64,000 bases of DNA, from the NCBI RefSeq assembly GCF_009834535.1, contig NC_045696.1, positions 59,336,001 through 59,400,000 on the forward strand, given 5' to 3'. Source of the DNA: Camelus ferus (lineage: Eukaryota). How positions within the stretch are numbered: the first letter of the stretch is position 1; each line of letters begins with the position of its first letter. Positions 14,212 to 27,074 of this stretch are shown here, in pieces. Position numbers and translations under genes: made by a program. The notes under the pieces are model-generated. The model did no database searches and was not told the origin of the DNA. It was given only the letters and a program-made list of their open reading frames with translations.

Positions 14212-14425
14212 GCAGGACATTTGGTCCTGTCCAAAACATTCATAAGACATTTGGTCCATGCTAAAAGATCCTTGACATTTGGTTCTATCCAAAACCATTT
14301 GACATGGACCGAATATGCTTATAGATGTTTTAGATAGGACCAAATTTCAAGGACCTTTTGGCATGGACCAAATGTCCTATGGACCAGGTGTCTTATAAAC
14401 ATTTTGGATAGGATCAAATGTCTGC
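14212..14425. repeat. Fold-back (long inverted repeat) element with internal tandem subunits; probable non-autonomous DNA transposon, family unidentified
   Basis: The left arm 14212-14295 aligns with the reverse complement of ~14327-14425; there are three forward and five inverted copies of a GACATTTGGTCC-like motif. Confidence 0.85.
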
Positions 14426-14696
14426 TAATCCTATCACTGTGACCCTATGGGCAGGTCTCTTCCGTTTTTATCCCTTTAATACTAGCTTTCCCCTCCAAGG
14501 CCAAGGCCAAGGTCATCACTGGTGTTTGTTTTAATCTCATTTCATCTGTGAAAAAGTTTGAGTGGGTAAAGTGGGAAGAGGAAGGCAAATGACAACATTC
14601 CACATGATTTACCCTAGGCTCTGCCCCATCAAGGGAAAGCTTGTTAATTTTCTTTGTGACTTCCAGAATGTCTAGCTCAGTAACATAAAATATGTG

Positions 14697-16543
14697 GGTT
14701 TTTTTAAAACATTTTTTATTGATTTATAATCATTTTACAATGTTGTGTCAAATTCCAGTGTTCAGCACAATTTTTCAGTCGTTCATGGACATATACACAC
14801 TCATTGTCACATTTTTTTCTCTGTGAGTTATCATAACATTTTGTGTATATTTCCCTGTGCTATACAGTGTAATCTTTTTTATCTATTCTACAATTTTGAA
14901 ATCCCAGTCTATCTCTTCCCCCCCCCCCGCCCCCTTGGCAAACACAAGTTTATATTCTATGTCTGTGAGTCTATTTCTGTTTTGTATTTATGCTTTGTTT
15001 GTTTGTTTGTTTTAGATTCCACATATGAGCGATCTCATATGGTATTTTTCTTTCTCTTTCTGGCTTACTTTACTTAGAATGACATTCTCCAGGAGCATCC
15101 ATGTTGCTGCAAATGGTGTTATGTTGTCGGTTTTTATGGCTGAGTAGTATTCCGTTGTATAAATATACCACTTCTTCTTTATCCAGTTATCTGTTGATGG
15201 ACATTTAGGCTGTTTCCATGTTTTGGCTATTGTAAATAGTGCTGCTATGAACATTGGGGTGCAGGTGTCATCCTGAAGTAGGGTTCGTTCTGGATATATG
15301 CCCAAGAGCGGGATTCCTGGGTCATATGGTAAGTCTGTTCCTAGTCTTTTGAGGAATCTCCATACTGTTTTCCACAGTGGCTGCACCAAACTGCATTCCC
15401 ACCAGCAGTGTAGGAGGGTTCCCTTTTCTCCACAGCCTCTCCAGCATTTGTCATTTGTGGATTTTTGAATGACGGCCATTCTGACTGGTGTGAGGTGATT
15501 CCTCATTGTAGTTTTGATTTGCATTTCTCTGATAATTAGTGATATTGAGCATTTTTTCATATGCCTATTGATCATTTGTATGTCTTCCTTGGAGAATTGC
15601 TTGTTAGGTCTTCTGCCCATTTTTGGATTGGGTTGTTTATTTTTTTCTTATTGAGTCGTATGAGCTGCTTATATATTCTGGAGATCAAGCCTTTGTCGGT
15701 TTCATTTGCAAAAATTTTTTCCCATTCGGTAGGTTGTCTTTTTGTTTTACTTACGGTTTCCTTTGCTGTGCAGAAGCTTGTAAGTTTCATTAGGTCCCAT
15801 TTGTTTATTCTTGCTTTTATTTCTTCTAGGAGAAAATTTTTGAGATGTATGTCAGATAATGTTTTGCCTATATTTTCCTCTAGGAGGTTTATTGTATCTT
15901 GTCTTATGTTTAAGTCTTTGATCCATTTTCAGTTTATTTTTGTATATGGTGTAAGGGAGTGTTCTAGCTTCATTGTTTTACATGCTGCTGTCCAGTTTTC
16001 CCAACACCATTTGCTGAAGAGACTGTCTTTATTCTATTGTATATTCTTGCCTCCTTTGTCAAAGATGAGTTGACCAAAAGTTTGTGGGTTCATTTCTGGG
16101 CTCTCTATTCTGTTCCATTGGTCTATATGTCTGTTTATGTACCAATACCATGCTGTCTTGATGACTGTAACTCTATAGTGGTGTCTGAAGTCTGGGAGAG
16201 TTTTTATTCCTCCAGCCTCTTTCTTTCTCTTCAGTAATGCTTTGGCAATTCTGGGTCTTTGATGGTTCCATATAAATTTGATTATGATTTTTTCTAGTTC
16301 TGTGAAATATGTCCTGGGTAATTTGATAGGGATTGCATTAAATCTGTAGATTGCCTTGGGCAGTGTGACCATTTTAACAATATTGATTCTTCCAATCCAA
16401 GAGCATGGGATATCTTTCCATTTTTTAAAGTCTTCTATAATTTCCTTCATCAATGGTTTATAGTTTTCTGTGTATAATTCTTTCACCTCCTTGGTTAGAT
16501 TTATTCCTAGATATTTTATTACTTCGGGTGCTATTTTAAAGGG
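14697..16543 (-). mobile_element. Young 5'-truncated LINE-1 (~1.85 kb) with frameshifted ORF2 C-terminus and 3' UTR
   Basis: ORF2 peptides '[32 protein letters not shown]' (16034-16486), '[20 protein letters not shown]' (15572-15790) and '[18 protein letters not shown]' (15012-15620); poly-T tail near 14699; TSD TAAAATATGTG at 14686-14696 and 16544-16554. Confidence 0.97.
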
Positions 16544-17044
16544 TAAAATATGTGTTTTATAAATGTGTGTTGTTTGTTTGATAACTGGTTAATATTTGCC
16601 AAACCACAAACAAACAAATGAAATGAGTAATAACTCACTTATCTATTTATGGGGCAACCTTCACTGTTCCAGAAATAGAAATAACTTTATAGCAACAGTG
16701 TGACGAGAACTTATTGATTTATGATTGTGTGTAAATCATAGTTCCTGATTGGGTCATCTTCAATATTTCCTAGACGAGTGAGTAGAGAGAGGTGCAATGG
16801 CCTGCTGATACTTTAGTGATGTCCACCCATAAAGGAGGAAATAGTAAAATTCCTAGATATTTAATGTAGGGCAGACAACTCTCTGTATATCTCACTATGG
16901 ACTGCAAGGGTTAGGTTGTTAACTCTGTTCAAGAAGTAAAATTGTTAGAATTTTTTTAAAAAATTGCTCAAAGACTGAAATAAAAATCAATTATCTGGAA
17001 ACCTAGCTGGGGTACCTTATTTCCCAGTGATACTTTTAAAAATA

Positions 17045-17715
17045 TTCTTTACCAGTGACACCAAGTGTTGATGAGGATATGGAACTCTTGGAACTTTCTT
17101 TGCTGATGGGAACGTATATTGGTGTAATCACTTTGAAAAAATTTTGTTGGTGTCTATTATGTATACCCCCATGATGCTACAGTTCTGCACCTGGATATAC
17201 CCAACAGACATGAAGGTTTATCTTCATCAAGACATGTACAAGAATATTCATATCAGCTTTATTCATAGTAGCCCCAAACTGGAAACAATCAAAGCGTTTC
17301 TATCAACAGTAGAATGGATAAGTACATTGTTTCATATTGATTCAACAGAGTGTTATACAGCAATGAGAAGAAGCACACTGTTGGCTTATGAACAGCATAG
17401 AGGAATCTTACAAACAGAATGTTGAGGAAAAGAAGCCAGGTATAAAAGCATACATGTTATATTCTTTCATTTATATGTAGCTCAAAAACAAGCAAACCTT
17501 TTGTATGGGTAGAGGTTAGAATAATGGTTATTCTTGTTTGGAAGGGGAATGAGGGAACCTTCTGGGGGAGCTGTAAATGTTCTAAGTCTTGGTTTGGATG
17601 GTGGTTACATCAGTGTATAAATATGCAAAAATTTATCTAGTTCTTCCCTTAAGATTTGTACCCTTTACTGTATGCAAGTTATACTTTAAGGGAAAAAAAG
17701 AAAGAAAAAGAAAAA
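17045..17715 (+). mobile_element. Old L1M (L1MC/ME-like) 3' fragment
   Basis: 'gctttattcatagtagccccaaactggaaacaatc...tcaacagtagaatggataa' (ORF2 end), 3' UTR motifs and an A-rich tail at 17691-17715. Confidence 0.85.
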
Positions 17716-18369
17716 TGAAGTATGATTGAAATATGATTCTCAGTAGTTTTCCCCCAGACTCCGATATATTCTGTTTGCCTGCAGGTTAGCAAACAATGTT
17801 TTTCTGGCTCTTGCCCCTTAAGTTTCTTGTAAATTTTTACTTCTTACTCCTATTCTCAACTTGCTCTGGAAAGAGCTTGGCTCTGGGAGTCCAGAGGCCT
17901 TGGCTAGTCTCTCAATCCCACTTGCCAGCTATTTACTTATGGGTAATCATCAGGGAAGTCTATGAAACAGGTGTCTCAGTCCCTTCTCCACCTTTAACCC
18001 ATGGGGTTTGGTGAACAGAATGTTAGGTACAAGATGTCAAAAGACTCTGGGAAAAAATCAAATACCAAAGAGTAGTATTGTACTTGAGCTTGAGGAAACT
18101 GATAGCACCTACTGATTTGAATCGTATAAGGTACTGCTATCAAAGACCATGCTGTGATAGTCAAACCATTGGGCAGTGATTTTTGAATCATTCTGGGGCT
18201 CAACCTAGCGCAGTCAGTAGCACATGAAGGTGCCTTGGGTATAGGAAAACATGGTGATCACAGAGCAGCCACTGTTGGCAGGCCTGCAGGGTCCTGGCGA
18301 CATATTCGTATCAGAGGTTTAGGCTGATGGTTCTTTTCAAAGGGGAAGCCCTTGAACCCGTGTGGCCAA

Positions 18370-18520
18370 CTGAACAGGGCTCTGCTTAGACAATCCAGCT
18401 CTAGTTCTGGCTCTTCTACAAGCAGCTGTGTAATACGAGGCAGTCACTTCACTTCCCCGGGACTTAGTTTTCTCATCTGTAAAGTGAGGGCCAGGTGATG
18501 TCTCAGGTCCCTCACGGCGC
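18370..18520 (+). mobile_element. MIR/MIR3 fragment
   Basis: 'cagctgtgtaata...gacttagttttctcatctgtaaagtgaggg'. Confidence 0.65.
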
Positions 18521-20749
18521 TCACTTCCTATGTGTCTTCCCCACATAGCCAGCTCTTACTTATTTCTGGATGTCTATTATGTGGTCATTTTTAAATCCTG
18601 AACTGGCTTCCTCTTTTCATGTGGTTGTTCTCTATTCTTCCTAGTCTTTGTGTTCAGGAAATGCAAATTCAGTTTTGAACAAGCAGGTTCTTCACAACTC
18701 TGCTGTGAAAAATCATACTGTCTCCCAACAAACAATGCCCATGATTCTGGATTATTAGCTTTTGATCAGTTTGGTTGTCCCGTGTCTCTCTTCCACCATC
18801 AGTACGGATGACCACGTGCTGCCCAATGACACACCCTTCCCGTGTCCCTCCAGCCGCCCTCTACCTGTTGGAGCCTGGCCTAAGCGTGCCTGGGCAGATG
18901 GAACCGTGCATTGCTAATGCTCTGTTTTTGGCCACACATTCCTAAGGGTTGTGGTGGCAGCTCAATTAGTGCTTCCAGGGCCCAGGGTCTGGCACCCTAG
19001 CCAGTGAGAATGCTGGTGCGAGGAGGAGAAATGCAGGGAAATGCAGCCAGCCCTGGGGAGGTGAGCTCTGAGGCACAACACAACACCCTTGTGGGCTTCT
19101 TTCCCGGCCTGAGCTTTTTAAAGGCTGAATGAAAATGCAGAGCCAAGGAGGAAATATCTCATTCTTGTCTGGCCTAGCCTGGGCAGAGGTCTTATTTTGC
19201 ACGTGGCAGGACTTGGGGAAGGAGGAGGAGGGCTGATGGGGCCAGGAGAGGGTGACTTTGTGGTGTCTGGGAAGGAATCGCGCCCTGGTATTACTGCTCA
19301 GAGAACTGGGGAAAAGCCACGTGGCTCCTTTATTTTTCCTGTTTCCCCAGGACTGTTTCTGCAGGGATTTTTTTTTCCTGTCTCATGTTCCAAATTCTTT
19401 TGTTGGGGGTTCTGTGGGTCAGGGGCAGGAAACTAGGCCAGGATTTGGCTTCTGAAGACAATGTTTTTCTCTGGCAGCCCCCGCCTCTTCGGAGGACAGG
19501 CCTGGTTCCTGCTTCTGGGTATCTATAAACCCTTTCCTCTGAAGCCAGATCCCTCCTTGTCTCTGTGTCCTCCTCCCACTCTCTTACTTGGGCTAGGGGT
19601 TTGGTTTCTGAGGCCCCTTGAAGATTGTGGCATGACAGACACTACACTGACCACTGCCAGCTGAGGGGCTGCTCCCTTCCAAGCAGGCCCCCGAGGGGAA
19701 CCGATGGCTGGGGCACCACCTGTGTTCAAACTCTGTAGGGTCCGCATTCTGGGAACTGTTTCCCAGTCCAGTGGGGCAGGGTCATGTTGTTGTTTGTTTA
19801 TTTAAACTATCCTTAATGGTGACAAAACTTTGTTCTTTGAATGCTAATTTGATTTTGGGAAACAGCCCAGCTTCATTTAAGGAAACTAGGGAAGAGGAAA
19901 CCAAATCTGGGCAAGCTTGAGTGATCATGTTTTTATTTTAAACAAAAAAAGCAAGTTTGCTTATGAAGTAATGACGCAATTTGCTTTTTTTTTTTTTTTT
20001 AAATGACAGTAAAGGCTGTTCTCAAGAGAAGACAAAAATGTTTGTAGCATCTGCTGGGTTAAGCTGAGAGCTCAAGGGGGCAGCTCCAAGGACAGCCCGC
20101 ATTTCTCTGCTCTATTGGGGAGGCCATAGGGGTTGCCTGTGGGTCTGTGGGTCTGCCGAGTTGTAGGCTGTCTGCTCTGGGACAGCAGATCCGCTCCTGT
20201 GCCTTGTGGGGAGGAAGGTGTAAATGAGTTTTGGGCTTTTATTAAGTCCCCCTATAGGCTGAATTCAGATGTTGCTGAGGAGGGAGACACAATAAGGAAA
20301 GGTTCTGCATCAGGGAGTCTACCTGATGCGGAGAGCTCCCCTTGAGCCAGTGGCTCTGCCTGGAGCCAAAAGTTTGGGAGGGGGCAGGCATAGGTCCATG
20401 TGTTCCTAGTGTTACTCAAGAGTCCTTTGTCAGGGTGTTTTAGAGAGCTGTTCTTTCAAAGAGTTGGGGGTGTCAGAGCTGTAGTCAGGCTGTGAGCAGC
20501 CCTCTGGGAGCAGTCTGGTTCCCAAGGACTCAGGCTGTTTTTCAAGACAGTGACAGAAGATTCTGGGAGTGTTGAGATGGCTGCTGAAGAGAACTCTTGC
20601 CCAAGGCTGTGAATAGCCAGGAGGTCTCTCCTTGGTGATGGGGCGGGGTCATTGATGATAAATGATGTCAGGGGCATACTAGACACATCAGTCCAGCTGC
20701 TGAGCTCAGAGTCAGCAAAGGGCCTGGTCTGGGGAAGGGAGGGAATTGA

Positions 20750-20875
20750 TGATGACTTAGCAACTACTGTGTTCTAGGCATTTACATACATCATCACATG
20801 TAGGGTGGATATTGCAACCCCCATTTTACAGATGGGAAAACAGAGGCATAGATAGTGAAGTCACTTGCCTTGGCA
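20750..20875 (-). mobile_element. MIR fragment
   Basis: 'ccattttacagatgggaaaacagaggcatagatagtgaagtcacttgcc'. Confidence 0.75.
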
Positions 20876-20959
20876 GTGAGTGTCTCACTGCCTTCTTCCT
20901 TCTCAGTTGCCTGCACACTTATTCAATCTTTGCACTTAGCACATTGCACTATGATTATT

Positions 20960-21066
20960 TACCCATTCCTAGAGATTCTAATGGCATTGGTCTGGGACCA
21001 GGCTTTGGAGTTATTTAAAAGCTCCGCAGCTGATTTTAATGTGTGGCCAGGGCTGAGAACTACTGT
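20960..21066. mobile_element. MER5-family hAT-Charlie MITE fragment
   Basis: 'agagattctaat...tttaaaagctcc...gattttaatgtgtggccagggctgagaactactg'. Confidence 0.7.
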
Positions 21067-21112
21067 TCTAGATTGTAGGTGTTTCATTTTTGTGTATCCC
21101 TGGGGCCTAAAT

Positions 21113-21298
21113 CAGTGGTCCTCAAATTTGAATGTGCATCAGAATCACCTGAGGAGTTTGTTAAAACACAGGTTGCTGGGCCCATCCTCAGAATTTCTGA
21201 TCCAGGAGGTATAGGGTGGGCCCAAGACTCTGCATTTCTAACAAGTTCCCAGGTGCTGCTGATGCTGCTGGTGTGAGGACCACACTCAGAGAGCCCCC
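21113..21298. mobile_element. MER5A hAT-Charlie MITE
   Basis: 'cagtggtcctcaaa...gcatcagaatcacctg...tgcatttctaacaagttcccaggtg...gatgctgctggt..ggaccacact' matches the MER5A consensus as I recall it. Confidence 0.9.
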
Positions 21299-24200
21299 GA
21301 TCCCTTAGAACAAGAGCAGGCTGTCAGGAGATGCTGACTGATTTGGGCAAATCCCCAAATCACCCAAGAGTTTCAACCCTGGACTGCCTGGTCCATGTCA
21401 TGCCTAGTCGTGACACTGGACTGACTCTCGGAGAGCGTGGGAGGACGCGTCAGGTGGGCCTGACATCTGCTTACCCTGGGAGGAGGGTAGAATTCATTAG
21501 TCTCCTCACAGTGAGAGACAATACCAGTTTCCCACCAGGAAACCCAGTGGCTGTTGGAGGCCCAGAAATTCTAGGTAGAGGTTTAAGGCAGTTAAGAGAT
21601 CCTGGAATTCCAACCCAGGACACGGACTCCTGGTACAGGGTGTGACCTGGGAAAAGATGGTCACTGATGTGCATGTCCCAGAGTGTTTGTGACAATGGTG
21701 GTGACGTTGCTTTAAAGTTACACCTCGTTTGTGCTCCACAGGAAACCAGGGGCCTCTAGTGAGGAAAACATGGTTTAGTGAGGTCAGAGAGGGGGAGTGA
21801 GGTCCTGAGCCATCCTGGATGAGTAGGGGGTGGGCTTCATGGGGTGGAGCAGCTATGAGAGTTTGGGCAACTGGAAAGGATGTTTCAGGCCAAGCAGGAG
21901 TGGTGTGTTTAGAAGGGAGGAAGAGAGCTGTGCTGGGAAGGACAGCAGAGGACAGGGTGTGAGGAATCTCCATTCTCCTGGAGGACGTGCTTGAACACTT
22001 GGAGACTCGAGTCACCTGGTTTTGCTGAACAATGGGTAATTTTTTAAAAATCTACCCTAAAACAAATACTCACTTTAGCGCCTACAATGTGCACAACACT
22101 GTTTTAGATGCTGTGTGAAGCCTTCAGGACGATACTGACCAAATACAGGGTGTGATCTGTCAAATGATTAGTGCAGGCAGCAGGTCTTGAGGGGAGAAGA
22201 GTCCTGTGGGCAGTGTGCCCGGGGTGGCTGGGGGGAGGGTACGGCTGTTGGTCCTGGCAGGATGAGTGAGGGTGAGGTGTGCAGTGAGGATGGTGTGCGC
22301 AAGGTGGGGATGTAGCTCCCAGCGTGTGAATAGCCCAGTCTGGGTGCAGTGGGTGCATGTGGGGAGCAGTGGTCAGGATGTGGATGAAGAGGGGAGATGA
22401 ATGTAAGACACCTTGTCCTGGATTGTTGTGCCATCTCTTCTTCAAAGCATGAGGGCTGGGATCTCTGGGGACCGCCCCGAGGACCCCTGCCTTCTGGCAG
22501 TGGGGCCGCTGCTACTGACTACTTCTTTAAAGAGTTTCTCCAAGGAGTCCTCACAGGCAAAATTTTATATTGTTTTTACCTTTTCCAGAAGTATTAGTGT
22601 CTGGAAGGAGGAGAGGAAAACCCCTCCCCTTTTAGAGATGGTAAAACTGAGATCCAGGGAAGGAAAAGGATAAAAATAGTTCTCCGGGGGTGGGCTGGTT
22701 GCAGGAGATGGCTGAGCTAGCCCTATGAATGGAATGATATCTGCTGAGGCAGGAAAGAAGACTTTCCCTGAATAGCACTGGGACATGGATGCTTGATCCT
22801 AAGTGTCTTCAGTGAAGTCTGTATCTTTGTGAGTCTGGAGAGGGAGTATAAGGAACAAAGGAGGTCAAAATAGCCCTGGCCAGAACGTAAGGCCCTGGAC
22901 ATCTCCCAGTGGTCCCAGTAGGCTGGTATCTCAAGCACCTGTCCTGGGTGCTCTGTCCTGGTGCTATGGTTTTGGGAGTCCCCTCCCATAATTCGTGCCA
23001 CTTCCATCCTCCAGCAGCCTTCTCTCTGCCCTGATCCCACCTCTGGGCCCAGTGGGAGCTAAGCATTTAACCAGAGCTGCAAAATCCTGTGTCCTCACTG
23101 GATAGCCCATTAAACTCCAACTTAGCTGGTCTTTGGAGGCACCTACTCTTTTCCATTCCCCCAACAAAGCCATTCATGGCTCCACTCTAAAATCAGCAGA
23201 CCAAAGGAGGGGTTGGGGAGGACATTGGTGCTCTACTCCACCAGCAGTATCACCCTTAAGTATTCATACTGAAGAGGAGTGTTCTGTTGCCTTGGTAACT
23301 TTCTTGCATAGGTTTTGGCACTGAGAATATCTAACAGATTTCAATGTTTCACACTCAATGGGCAGAGATGGAGGAGCAGGTCAAAGGGTAAATCTCAGTG
23401 ATCAGGGCCAGGACCAACGATGAAAAGGGTAACTAAGACAGGATGTAAGAAACTGCTGAGCTCACAAAGGATTCAGTCCAGTCCTTCCCTCTCCTGTCTC
23501 CTCCCTTTCCACCTTTCCTTGTGTACCATCCTCATCTCCCCCATCTATGAAGTTCTGGGGGCCTCTTGGTTTTCTTTGGGTGTCTCTCAGGCACCAGCAT
23601 CAGCTGCAGGTGCCTGTCTGGGCAGAGTTCTGCTGGGAGCTGAAGGGCAGCAGTGAGTACAGAGGGAGGAACAGGCAAGGATGACATGTGACTCTACATC
23701 ATGGCTTTGGTCCTCAGAGAGCTCTGCACTTGTAAGGGAGAGAGTGGTCTTCCCCTCCGTGGCACTTCTGGGAGGAAAGACCTTGGTGTGAGGGAGCCCA
23801 AGGTTGGGTATGGTGTTCTTGGATATTGTTCATCTACGTGTTTATCACGGTACATATAATACAGATGTGAAGCAACAGAAAGACTGCATCGCAAAGAAAA
23901 TTGCTACAGCTTGGGCAAGGGTGAGGGGATCCAGGGAGGATGCTGGAGGCCCGCAGCAGGGGGAGTGGGGACGATGGCCTAGAGGAGAAAAGTCCTCTTG
24001 TGGCTGAGAAGAGCTCTCCTCTCATGTTCCATCCTTGGAACTGTTTCCTATGGAGATGCAGTCCCCTGTGTGAACGTCTCCTTGGATACCAGAGACCAGA
24101 ATAACGAGGAGGCAGTGGGCCCTGGGGTTGACGGCACTCCTTTTAAGTCGTTCTCCGGAGAAAACATGCTGAATGGGTGCTTGCGTGTCAAAGTCAGGGT

Positions 24201-26084
24201 GTGTATGTCGACTAAGTGCTGCCTTCTGTGGCTGACTTCCCAGGGCATCATCCTTTGAGCCACACTTTGGCCAGCGCTTTTGGCTTCCTTTGTTACATCT
24301 GCAATTTGTTATGCACTGGCTGTGCGCTTGGCCCTGTGCAGAAAAGACTTTTCAGAACCATTCATTCCTGCTCTTCTGAGAACTTCAGGAAGTGGTCCCT
24401 CTGCCTTGTTGGGGACGGAGTAGTACAGAGGAGAAAGGAGAGCCTTGGGGCACAGTGATAAGGAATGTGAGAGTGGTCACACTAGGGTGCCTGGGGTGCC
24501 CTCACACGGGGCTTTCAAGGAAGGCTTGGGCCTAGCCTTCAATCTGCTGAGGACTGAGGTAGAACCCTGGGTTTTGGATGTTAGGAGATCATGGGTCATA
24601 TTTGAAGGAACAGTTTCAGGTGAGTGGTGGGGGCACAAAGGAAGCCTTTCTGGGCGAAAAGGGAGAATTTCTACGTCATCTGGAAGTGCTTCCTGGCTCT
24701 GACCCCAGTCTCTCCTGGTGCACCTTGATCCCTTTGATTTTACCTCCACAGGAGGTGGCGATAGCTTTTCTATGGTGCTTTGTGATGCGCTTTGGAGAGC
24801 TACAGCTGTCTCCTCCTCCACCCCAGTTCTCATATTGTACCCTCAAGGTCCCACACTTTCACGTGGTAATTCCACTTAGCAAGGGTATCTCTACTGTGAC
24901 CTCTGTCATTTAGTGATCTGCGCTGATCCCTGGTGAAGCTGTGAAACTTGCTCTTCTAGGTCCTTTTGCCCTGTGGTCTCTAACTCACTTCAGTGGCCTC
25001 CCCAGCCTCCCCAAATAGGACCAGTGATCTCAACTCCAAAATGCCCCCCTCCTTTTCTCTAAAGCATCAAAACCCTTGCCACACACCTCATCCCTGAAGC
25101 TGATAAATTAATGCATATTTTGTTATTTATGGCGGGTAACAGCTCAATGGGTAATTCCTCATGGGAGAATTTGTTATTTAAAAGAAGCATGTTAAGCTAA
25201 AGAAATAAATCTCTAACGGTAGAATTTCATATGCTACTAACAGTCAGGTGGAGGTGATATTTTGAAGGCCCTGGGCTGCATTTATAGGAGAGCAGTCCAT
25301 AGCCCCTCTGTGCTCTGTATCTGTCAGATCTTATCATAAGGATGGCACTCAGTTCAGGGTGCCCCAAATCCAGCTTCAGGGGAAACATGATCAACATTTG
25401 ACAGGTAGAAGGGGAAACTGACTTATATTTTGTGCTATCCCAGAGAGTGTAAGTAGGCCTTCTGAGTAGATATTAATGAAAAAGCTGTTTCAGTGAGAAC
25501 TGAGCAGTAACAGAAAGGCCTGCTCTAGGGTGGATGTGGAGGGAACTAACATTTAACTGATAACATCTATATGCCCTGCCCTGTGCCAGGCACTTGACGC
25601 TTGTCCTTTTTACTCTTCAAAGAGATTGCATAACTTTCCCATGTTCCCTGTGATGGTGCAACTGTGATTCTTACCCAGATTTTTCTGACTCCAAAATCTT
25701 ATCCCTTGTCTCCATACCAAGATGCTGGATGAGGTCTCCTGTGATTCTCTGTCCCTGGCAGAGGTGGGAGATCCCTCACTAGAGCACAGAAGGGATTATT
25801 GCTTGGGGAGGGAAATGGATTCCATTCTTCTAGGATTGACTCTGATTGAGAGCCTCACTTGCTCTATTGACGGGAATAATTGAGTTGGCTCAGGGACTTT
25901 GTTTCCATTCTCCTGTGATTTCTCTTATCAGGACATACAGTTCCTAACTCACAGAGCAGTTGTCCTGTCTTCCCTGGGGGCTTAAGGAGCAGAGGAGGGC
26001 TCCCCTCACCCCACCCCCCCACCCCACCATGGTGGGTGGCCCCACCTACCCTCCCCCAACCTAAGGTTTCCTTTTCCTGAGTTT

Positions 26085-26900
26085 GTGATTCATGATTTTT
26101 TTCATTTGAATATCCTAGAGGTACCTTAGACAGAATGTCTAAAATGGAACCAATCAACTTCATCACCATCCTCCCCCAGTTTTATTTTTTTCTGGGCTTC
26201 TCTCATTATGAACATGGCACCATCATTCTGTTGGTCTGAAGTTTGGGTTAACTTTGTTCCATCTTCTCCCTCTTCCCATTCATCAAGACTTTTCTGTTCA
26301 TCTTGAAACACTCAGGAATTAGTCCTTCCTTGTCATCTCCAGGGCCACCCCCTCGTTCAGACCCTCCTCATCTCATCCTGGCCCTCTAAGTGCTGCTGGT
26401 TGCCTTCACCTGACCTCCTCGTTAGCCTGTCTTTCCTGCTCAGGCCTAGTCAGAGGTTTCTCACCGCCTTCTTTCTGGTTAAGGATCAGCCAAGGCTCTC
26501 TAGGTTTGCCCAGCCCAGCTCTTTCCCAGCAGCTCTTTTCTAAGCACAGGAGCATATCTCCTGCTTTTTTCTCCCACATATGAGATTTTTTTCCTGTCGA
26601 ATGTTCTCACCCCTTTCTCCTTCCCACCGTTCTCCTCCCTGGAATCCTCTAAGGCTCACATCCACACCTCCTTCCTCCACGGAGCTCCTATGGCCACCAG
26701 CATCAGAAGCAGCAGGTCCCCCACTTAAACTGTACTGTGATTTACTTTTGTATGCCTTCTTTGGCACTTTCTGTAGCATTTCACTAATTGTCAGTTTTCA
26801 CATTTTGTTTCCTTGGTTGCACATTAATTCAGGGTGAGGACTGTGTTATGTACCGTTTTCTTTTCAGTAGCATTTACAATGCAGAGTGTTGCTGGGGGTC
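26085..26900 (+). mobile_element. L2 LINE fragments
   Basis: 'aatgtctaaaatggaacc', 'gaacatggcaccatcattc' and pyrimidine-rich L2-like body; boundaries approximate. Confidence 0.55.
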
Positions 26901-27074
26901 TGCTTGGTTCTCATTCCTTCTGCTCACCACAGCCTCCTTTCCCTCACAGCCCCCAGGAATGTCCCCTTGTTAATCCTGGGGGTTTTCAAGCTGTCAGTCT
27001 CTGCCCGTGCTGCCTCCCCAGGTCCTCCTCATGCCCCCCGTTCCTACCCCTGTACTAGCATTTTAGAGAGGCAA

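Noticed and set aside
14212..14425. CRISPR-like array (12-bp repeats with ~30-bp period)
   Set aside because: The intervening segments are themselves repeated, orientation flips mid-array, there are no cas genes and the context is mammalian.
15012..16486. ORFs of 202, 72 and 150 aa as a functional gene
   Set aside because: Frameshifted pieces of a 5'-truncated L1 ORF2. The plus-strand ORFs 14745-15077 and 15561-16073 are antisense by-products.
10314..18668. AGGAAATGCAAAT (octamer plus GGAA) occurring at 10314 and 18656
   Set aside because: Some repeated 13-mers are expected by chance in 64 kb, and I saw no extended similarity or other support.
21506..22445. 169-aa ORF and His/Pro-rich 113-aa ORF on the minus strand
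   Set aside because: No recognisable domain; the His/Pro-rich composition reflects G/T-rich low-complexity DNA.
24615..24626. Perfect donor CAG|GTGAGT
   Set aside because: It lies in L2-like degenerate sequence, and I found no convincing upstream acceptor or reading frame.
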